From Hormiphora californensis (taxonomy: Eukaryota > Animalia > Ctenophora), in NCBI GenBank assembly GCA_020137815.1, contig CM035350.1:9362001-9426000 (forward strand): a stretch of 64,000 nt of DNA. The letters run 5' to 3'. The position numbers were made by a program, and so were the translations under genes. Numbering within the stretch: position 1 is the stretch's first letter; every line of letters begins with the position of its first letter. Below the pieces are notes generated by a model, which made no database searches, was not told the origin of the DNA, and saw nothing but the letters and a program-made list of their open reading frames with translations. Below are positions 39,953 to 64,000 of the stretch, piece after piece.

Positions 39953-41075
39953 TCACATACACGAACACGTCTTCCTTTTTTGTCGACCCGGGCTGCGCGT
40001 CTGAGAGTGCCTCAGGTCTATAACCGACTGAAAAAGAATGAAATTTAGGAATCTGTTACATTCGAAATGTGATAAATTAGTGTGTATTTTACTAATAGAC
40101 AACAATAACTTACCTCTATAAGTTTAATAAATGCTTCTTTGATGTTATCGCCCTCTTTTGCAGACGTTTCGATGTACTTTACACCTATAATAATAGCCAT
40201 GTGTTACACAATAGAGTAATGATGAATAATAAATGTAACACATTGTGTCACAATTTGTGTGTGTGTGTGTCACACTATGACACCCCTCTGCAATTACACT
40301 ATTCATCACTTACTGATGTCCTCTGCGTAAGACGCGGCTGCATCGTAGGTCACTTTCCTAGTGACGCTCAGGTCTGATTTGTTTCCCACCAGGAGCAGAC
40401 AACTCTGAAGAAGTTGGGTAATGTTACAGAGAAATTGAGTAACTGTTTGGAGAGAGAAATTCAGTTACTTTTTTTCTTTTTATGAGTAGCTTTTAAAACA
40501 AAATTTGTCGACTAAACTACCATGTTAGTGTACCTACCCTTGCTTGGATGTTTCGTTGAACTTGCGTGTGGAGATCTTTCACCATATCAAAGCTACCCTC
40601 GTCAGTAATGGAAAACACAATCATCACTCCGTCAGCTATAAAGGACGGATGTCGGATTCTCATTACTATCCATTGTCAAACTTAAACCTAACTTTCTAAT
40701 ACACCTAACTATCTAACATTGTCAAAACTCAAATGATACATCTATTAGCAATTTCTCTTACCCTCCTGTATCATTCTGTCCCTCATGCCCCAGTACTGAG
40801 CCAATCCCGCTGTATCCAATATCTCGATCTTACAGGTCCTGTCCTTTGCAACAATCTCCTTTTCTGTTTTGTTGTATTTCGTTAGGGATATACTCATCAG
40901 AAAACTGAAAAGCAGGGAAATGCGTGTAAAAGATTGTGACAAAAGAATATCCCCGGGGGCCCCTGCTAATAAACTTCATTCCTACCTCTCCTTTCGTCCA
41001 TTTTCGGATGATACAAGTTTTTCCCACGCTTGCAGCTCCCACCAGTATTATCTGATAGTCATCGTCTGCCGACAT
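39953..41075 (-). CDS. Ras-family small GTPase with CaaX box; 6 exons
   Basis: G1 GAASVGKT, G3 DTAGL, G4 VGNKSDL, G5 ETSAK, and C-terminal RQKRKTCSCM*. There is a 1-nt frameshift near 40883 in the effector loop. Confidence 0.9.
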
Positions 41076-42591
41076 AGCTAGCTGCAAGAGAAAACAAAGT
41101 TAACACCAAATCAATTGTGTTTTTAGATATGAATTAAATATGTTATATGAGTCATATATGAATGCCGAATGGGGGATAACCGATAAATAATGTCGCTACA
41201 CCATTCGACCTATCGGCTATCAGATTTCGAATTTCCTGGGAGAGATGGGTAGTCCTATAACTCATTGAGAATACTCAGAATTGTTCAGGGAAAGTCACGT
41301 GTTGCACGTAGAGATTATTACTCACCCCTTGTTCAGGCACGGGGTGACCTGATATTATTACTCACAACATGTACCCGTTATTGAACATTTCCGAGTATGT
41401 TTTTTCTTCAACAAACCCATTGTTTTTTAATTTCCACAATTCATCAAAACTTGTAATTCTATTTTTTGTAATTTGATCGCCGTGTTCATGTTTTTATTGT
41501 TTTTACGTTAAAATTGCTGCTAATAATTAACTTGAAATGTTCGTCCTGATCTACCGGGTAGAAGTGGACTAACAAAACCCTCAAACCAGGCCGGAGAAAC
41601 CCTTTGGGATCCAAGCCTTCATCTCAAAGCAAGAAGAGACAGCCTCCAAGAAGAAGAAGAAGCAGGATCTAAATTCTGGCGACCGATTTACGACACACGC
41701 CACGGTTTAAAATGTAAAAGTGTCATAGACTGGCAGTCTAAGACTGTCAATTCAAAGTTAGACTTATAAAGCTAGGTTTATAATGAAATCGATAGACAAG
41801 TTACAATAATTTACCACTCTTTCATACCGAAATGTAACAGTGCACTATTAACTGCACAGTTTTCAAAGCTGTGGCTGTTTCCATAGAGCCTACCAAGTCT
41901 GAGTTCGATGCAGAGCCGGGATTTAAGTTGTATTTGAATTATGAAACTTCATCATTTGTTTGATTTCCAGTCTTCCCAAGAAAATGCGCCTCGATTCTAG
42001 AAAAAATTCAATTTATTGAATCAGTTTGGCACAGCGCGGGATAAGGCAGCACTTTTCAATGAATCGGTCGTCCAGCCCTCTTCGCGGCATTAGCTTTAAA
42101 ATGGTAAGTAAGCTTCGCTGTATGGTATGTTCCCCCTCCCACTCCTCAGACGCAGTGGCACGGATAAAGGACTTTTGAATTTCGATGGGTAAAGACAGCA
42201 AAGTTAACATTGGGTGCCTTAAATTGTCCACAATTCTTCGATTTTGGCGTTCGAGACGGGTTAAGGCTGCCCGTTAGGTTTGGTTCATCGGTTAGCACTA
42301 TCAATGTTCTATCAAATACTGTTCAGTTTACTCAAATCGGCGATCTGGTTGGATGGCTAAAGCGGTATGGCAGCACAATTCAAGAGTGCCGCAAATTTTC
42401 AAAATTTAAAAAGTTAAGCTGTTTCAAATTTCAAATTTATTTATTTTGTTTTCGCGCTGCAAATAAATAAATTACCGTAACGCGCGGCATAATTTTGTTT
42501 TAATTGGATGCGCGGCGCGGCGCACGCAACTCGACAAATGCAAAGATCCAGATTTTAACGTTTTCTGTGGAAAACGTCGCCTCGGAATTTT

Positions 42592-43106
42592 GGGCGCCGT
42601 TACGATCTGGGTGTTTGGTGGCCTGTTTACAGGTGCGCGCTGCCAAAAAAGTTGATTCACTAAAACGGCTCTAACCGCCGAACCACTCAACCGTTTTGGC
42701 TAATTCAAAGTTTATCTGGTAGGGAATGTCAAGGCCTAACCCCAACCCAAACCCCAACCCTAACCCTAACCCTACTTTAGCCCTAACCCTAAAAAACCGT
42801 TTGTCAGCACTCACGAAACACCCAGATTTTAACGCTGGCCCGGAATTTTTGGCCAGCGTTAAAATCTGGGTGTTTTGGGAGTGCTGACAAACGGTTTTTT
42901 AGGGTTAGGGCTAAAGTAGGGTTAGGGTTAGGGTTGGGGTTTGGGTTGGGGTTAGGCATTGACATTCCTTACCAGATAAAATTTGAATCAGCCAAAACGG
43001 TTGAGTGGTTAGGACTTAGGCGGTTAGAGCCATTTTAGTGAATCAACTTTTTTGGCAGCGCGCACCTGTAAACAGGCCTCCAAACACCCAGATCGTAACG
43101 GCGCCC
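42592..43106. mobile_element. Foldback element with ~250-bp inverted arms containing telomere-like (CCCTAA)/(TTAGGG) tracts
   Basis: Arms mirror around a 10-nt loop (cggaattttt, 42841-42850). A third degenerate arm copy lies at about 43265-43370. An outer IR gataaggcagcacttttcaa / ttgaaaagcgctgccttatc lies at about 42040 and 43135. Confidence 0.8.
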
Positions 43107-43391
43107 GGAATTTTTTCGGAATTTTTTTTAAGCGTTGAAAAGCGCTGCCTTATCAGTTATCCCCATCGGGGGCCATGGCCCCCGACAGGGATAAGGCCGG
43201 CCAGCGGCGTTTGCCAATTTTAAGCGTGTGTTCGGGTTCGTGAATTCGTGTTTTAAGCGTCAGCCCTCACGGTTATTCAGGGTTAGGGCTAAGGTAGGGT
43301 TAGGGTTATGGCTGGGATTGGGGTAAGGGCTGGAGATTTCTTATTAGATAAACTTTGGATCAGCCAAATCTCCCCTTCAATCAATCAATCA

Positions 43392-43454
43392 CCACTGAGC
43401 GGTGTTGTGGTTTATGTTATGAATCATAACATCAACCACACCACCGCTCTGTGG
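43392..43454. repeat. 63-bp near-perfect palindrome
   Basis: ccactgagcggtgttgtggtttatgttatga-a-tcataacatcaaccacaccaccgctctgtgg; 31-bp arms with 3 mismatches. Confidence 0.85.
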
Positions 43455-44167
43455 CGGGGTGCCACTTTATTACTGGGAGAAAAATGAACAAATGAATATA
43501 AAGAAGATCTAAATATAGGTTTATACGAACACAAGATTTCGGTGTGGTGATGTGTGGTGATGTGATCCTGCTTTAGGAACAGTGCTGTCTGGTTCAGTGG
43601 TGGCGTTAAGGACTAAGGAGAGATGAGGCGCAAGAGACTAGAGAGAGATAAAATAGGGAGGGGAGAGAGAAACATTTTTTAGATGGAGAATGGGGTAGGA
43701 AAACACAGGTAGATACATGGAGAGCAAAAGGGATAGGGCCGTAGAATAAGACACAGTCCAGAAGAGACCCCTCCAAGGAGCTCCCCGCCTCCCCATCTTG
43801 TATTGGTTTCTTCTGGGTGTGGTGCGCTCGCCGTATCGTTCTCATTGTTCTTATTGTTCAATTTTCAATTTTCAAATCATATTCCAGTCTTAGTTTCTCC
43901 ACAATACTCTCGACTCTCGTTACTCTTGTTATGTTCTAACCCTCCCTTTACATTTGTAAAGGGCGGGGCGCGTGAAACTTTTCCATAGCTATGTGTTTTA
44001 CCCTTGTAAAGCCTTGTGATTAATATGGTTGATACTCGACCAACTGCTACCAACTTGGCCTAACAACCACTTTTCTCGTCTCTAGCCCAAGTCTCAGTTT
44101 GTTATTCGTGATTAGCTGCTTAGCTTGGAACGTTAACTACAAGTCTTCAACAGTGGGCCAGCTTTGA

Positions 44168-45247
44168 ATGGGTTAGTGTTATTGATTAGTTCATAGTTGA
44201 TGTAATGATCCCTCTCCCCAGAAGTTACCCCACTTAAATTTCACTTTTTATTCAGCAGGTGTGTGGATAGTGTTCTTTGCAGTGGTCGGATTATTGTCGG
44301 TGCATTGTGCTGCAGACGAACCGTCCACTGAACCAACAACTCAGTCTGTAGATGAGGTGGCTAAACTAACTTCTTTGGAAGCTGGAGCGGTTGAAAAGGG
44401 GAGTAGTGAAAAGACTGAAGGAGAATCAGAGAAACAGACAATCGAAGAAGGAAAAGGAGATGGTCAATCGGCTGTAAATGTGGATGATAAACCGGCTGTA
44501 AATGAAGATGATAAACCGGCTGCTGGCGCTGCTGCTAATGATACGTTGGAAACTGGTGATGATACGTTGGAAACTGGTGATGACACCAAAAAAAAGGAGG
44601 AGACAGCTCCTGATAATGTCGCTCCGTTAGCTGATGAAAGTAGCAAAGACAATAATGTGACAAACATTGAGAATGATAAATCAGCAGATGAACAGAAATC
44701 AATTGATGGTAATGACACATCTGATGATGTGATATCGGATGACAATGAATCAGAGCAGGTAAATGTTGTCGACACTGATGAAAACCAAGAGTCTGGAGAA
44801 TCAGAAGAAATGGAGGACAAACCAGACACATCAGAACAGCAGAGTAAAGAAGGAAGTGGGCAAGAAACTGGGGACAATTTAGCAGATAAAACGGGAGATG
44901 AAGCAGACAAATCAGAGGACAAATCAGAAGACAAACCAGAAGATAAATCAGAAGATAAATTAGAAGGACAAATCAGAAGATAAATCAGAGGACAACCCAG
45001 AAGATAAACATGAGGTAAAAGAGGAAGATTATACAGACGAAATGCTCAGATTCAAAGACACTCCCGACATTCCTCAGGGACCTAACATTTCATTTCTCAA
45101 CCTCTTTGTGATGGCATCAGCTGTATTCCTTCTATGTTATGTGGGGTACTTCTATAGACGGAAACTGGGGCGTATTTAGGAGGGGGTCGATCAGACATTC
45201 ATTATATCCCTCTCAGAACTATGCAAGAGAAGGCCGCTTATAATTGA
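44168..45247 (+). CDS. TGN38/TGN46 (TGOLN2)-like type I membrane protein
   Basis: A micro first exon ATGG (44168-44171) splices to 44256, giving the signal peptide MAGVWIVFFAVVGLLSVHCAA. Then an acidic repeat ectodomain (EDKS repeats), TM FSFLNLFVMASAVFLLCYVGYFY, RRK, and a tail with YxxL (HYIPL). Two 1-nt indels near 44966 and 45175. Confidence 0.7.
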
Positions 45248-45737
45248 TTCGAGTGTTTTTATTTTCTTACTGATTTGCCTGTTTGTGATCTGTGTGTTTT
45301 TTGATAAATATATTTAAATCAACTGTAGAATAAGCTGTGATGAAAGAATTCTTGGTTCAACCAAACTTTCGATTTTATTACACAACACTCTCATCTTACA
45401 TCTTTTTATCAAGTTTGAAATTTCACGGCCTGAATCCCATCTGTACACAAGTTCTGAGTTCATTCGACACCATTAAATCATTCCTTGCTCGACCCTCTTT
45501 CCGTGCTGTGCCCCACATTTAAGGGAACACCCACGCACATGAGATCATACAGTAGGGCGCGGTGACACCCTTATAACAAAAGTGTCCCATCAAAGCGCGC
45601 CGCGCGCACATAAACTTCACACCGGCTTCTGGGATACCGGAATTGATGAAATGTGAGCTGCGATCCCGTAAACAGGTTGAATCATGTTTTATGGGTCAGC
45701 TACCAGCCATGGCAACCTCTTTAAATTGATCAATCAA

Positions 45738-45865
45738 GGCCCAGAGTCTCTGTGGCAATCAGGTACGTCTGTGGAAATTCCTTGGAGCGCATCTCCTGAG
45801 AATTCTTGCGCGGAAAACCCACTGAGTTTGGGTTTGCGCGTTCCGTACCATGAGGACTCTGGGCC
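45738..45865. mobile_element. Small MITE-like element
   Basis: Terminal ggcccagagtc / gactctgggcc. Confidence 0.5.
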
Positions 45866-46269
45866 GTGAGCCTGCAGAAATGAAACGAATGGAGTTGTGT
45901 TATAACACGTCATAAGATGTGAAAATAACATTATATGGGGGTATAAAGGGAGGTCCAAAGGACACTCAAATTCAATTTTCATTGGTACTAAATTATTACT
46001 ATTTTGATGTAATCATTAAAGATTGTCTGGTTTCACGTGATGTCTCACAAGTCCTATGTATCTCTCTCTCTCCAGCCCGGGGCTAATAGAAAGCGTTAAA
46101 AACTATGCATACAAAAGTCTACCAATCTTCTAACGACAGCCAGAGGCCGGACATGGGGAGCAATAAATTAACCATAATAATAAAACGCATTAAAAAATTA
46201 AAAAGGAGACAGCCAGTAAGGGGAGAGAGACGTCCAGCCGCTTGGCTACTAAACCTATATGTGGGGGGA

Positions 46270-54272
<8,003 letters not shown>

Positions 54273-54349
54273 CGGGTGAAAACAGGTGTACAGAGAAACA
54301 ACGATCAAGCCAGAACAGCATCTGCCAAACCCTGTCACGCGTTGCGCCC

Positions 54350-54470
54350 CCTTTTTATACATAACAACCGCACTCGATTTTGCCCATCTTTAAGGTCTCA
54401 GATGGCACGACGCGGCAACAAAAACTGACAACTTTTCGCGCGCTACGTTTAATGTGGCGCTTTGGCGCGC
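54350..54470. promoter_or_regulatory. Divergent promoter between cyclin D and the CLIP4-like gene, with a TATA box and two E2F consensus sites
   Basis: TATAAAA on the minus strand at about 54353-54359; TTTCGCGC at 54434-54441; TTTGGCGC at 54461-54468. The two ATGs are only 363 bp apart. Confidence 0.6.
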
Positions 54471-54635
54471 GATAAATGTTTTATTTTATTTATTTTCTGT
54501 TGCTTTCCCTGTCCTTGTTTTCTTTTTACTTTCAACTTTCACGCTCAGAGATTTGTTTTGTCTTGTTTGTTCACCTTCCTCCCCTTTTCTGAGAGTCCTG
54601 ACATGAAATCTTTGGTCTAGCAATGCAGATAGAAG

Positions 54636-63586
<8,951 letters not shown>

Positions 63587-63722
63587 TAGTCAGATGGACG
63601 TTAGATTGACAGAGATAAACAGAGATAGAAAGAGAAACAGAGAGACAGAGAAAGAGAGATAGACATAGAGGTAGAGTGTAGATATAGCGAGATAGACATA
63701 GAGATAGACAGAGAATTGAAAA

Positions 63723-63814
<92 letters not shown>

Positions 63815-64000
63815 AGAAGGAACCAGGGATTAAACCCTGGGAATTGCATTCATTTATTTTAACTATCCCGTGATAATTTCAATTACATATTACTTTGTGA
63901 CTAGCTAATACTTTTCTTGCGTGTGTGTGTGTGTTATGTTTTCGGGTCACTGATAAATATTTTGGGTTGTTTTCTTCTTGCTTGACACGATCATGATAAC

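Overview
Compact, intron-rich eukaryotic (animal) genomic DNA with abundant (GA)n/(CT)n microsatellites and many MITE-like inverted-repeat elements. The repeat families and nested secreted-protein genes look like a ctenophore, possibly Pleurobrachia; this is recognition from memory, not a search. From left to right on the minus strand: SDE2; a tandem cluster of five C2H2 zinc-finger genes (plus a remnant) sharing a SUMO-motif-rich N-terminal exon, interrupted by an intronless helical-repeat/BTB gene; then a tightly packed co-oriented block of COQ3, TUBGCP2, NDUFA8, a PDCD6-like penta-EF-hand gene and a Ras-like GTPase. Further right are a TGN38/TGOLN2-like gene (+), cyclin D (-) and, head-to-head with it, a CLIP4-like ankyrin/CAP-Gly gene (+). 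Two secreted-protein genes are nested in introns. The most striking pattern is recurrent minisatellites built from splice junctions: about 107 copies of an exon end plus GT donor in TUBGCP2, 11 copies of branchpoint, acceptor and exon start in cyclin D, and several smaller cases. Each unit of the two large arrays carries an AG|GT site, which suggests a splice-site-amplifying process and possibly recursive splicing. Several conserved genes carry 1-2 nt frameshifts that are most likely long-read consensus errors. Exon coordinates were read by eye and may be off by a few bases.
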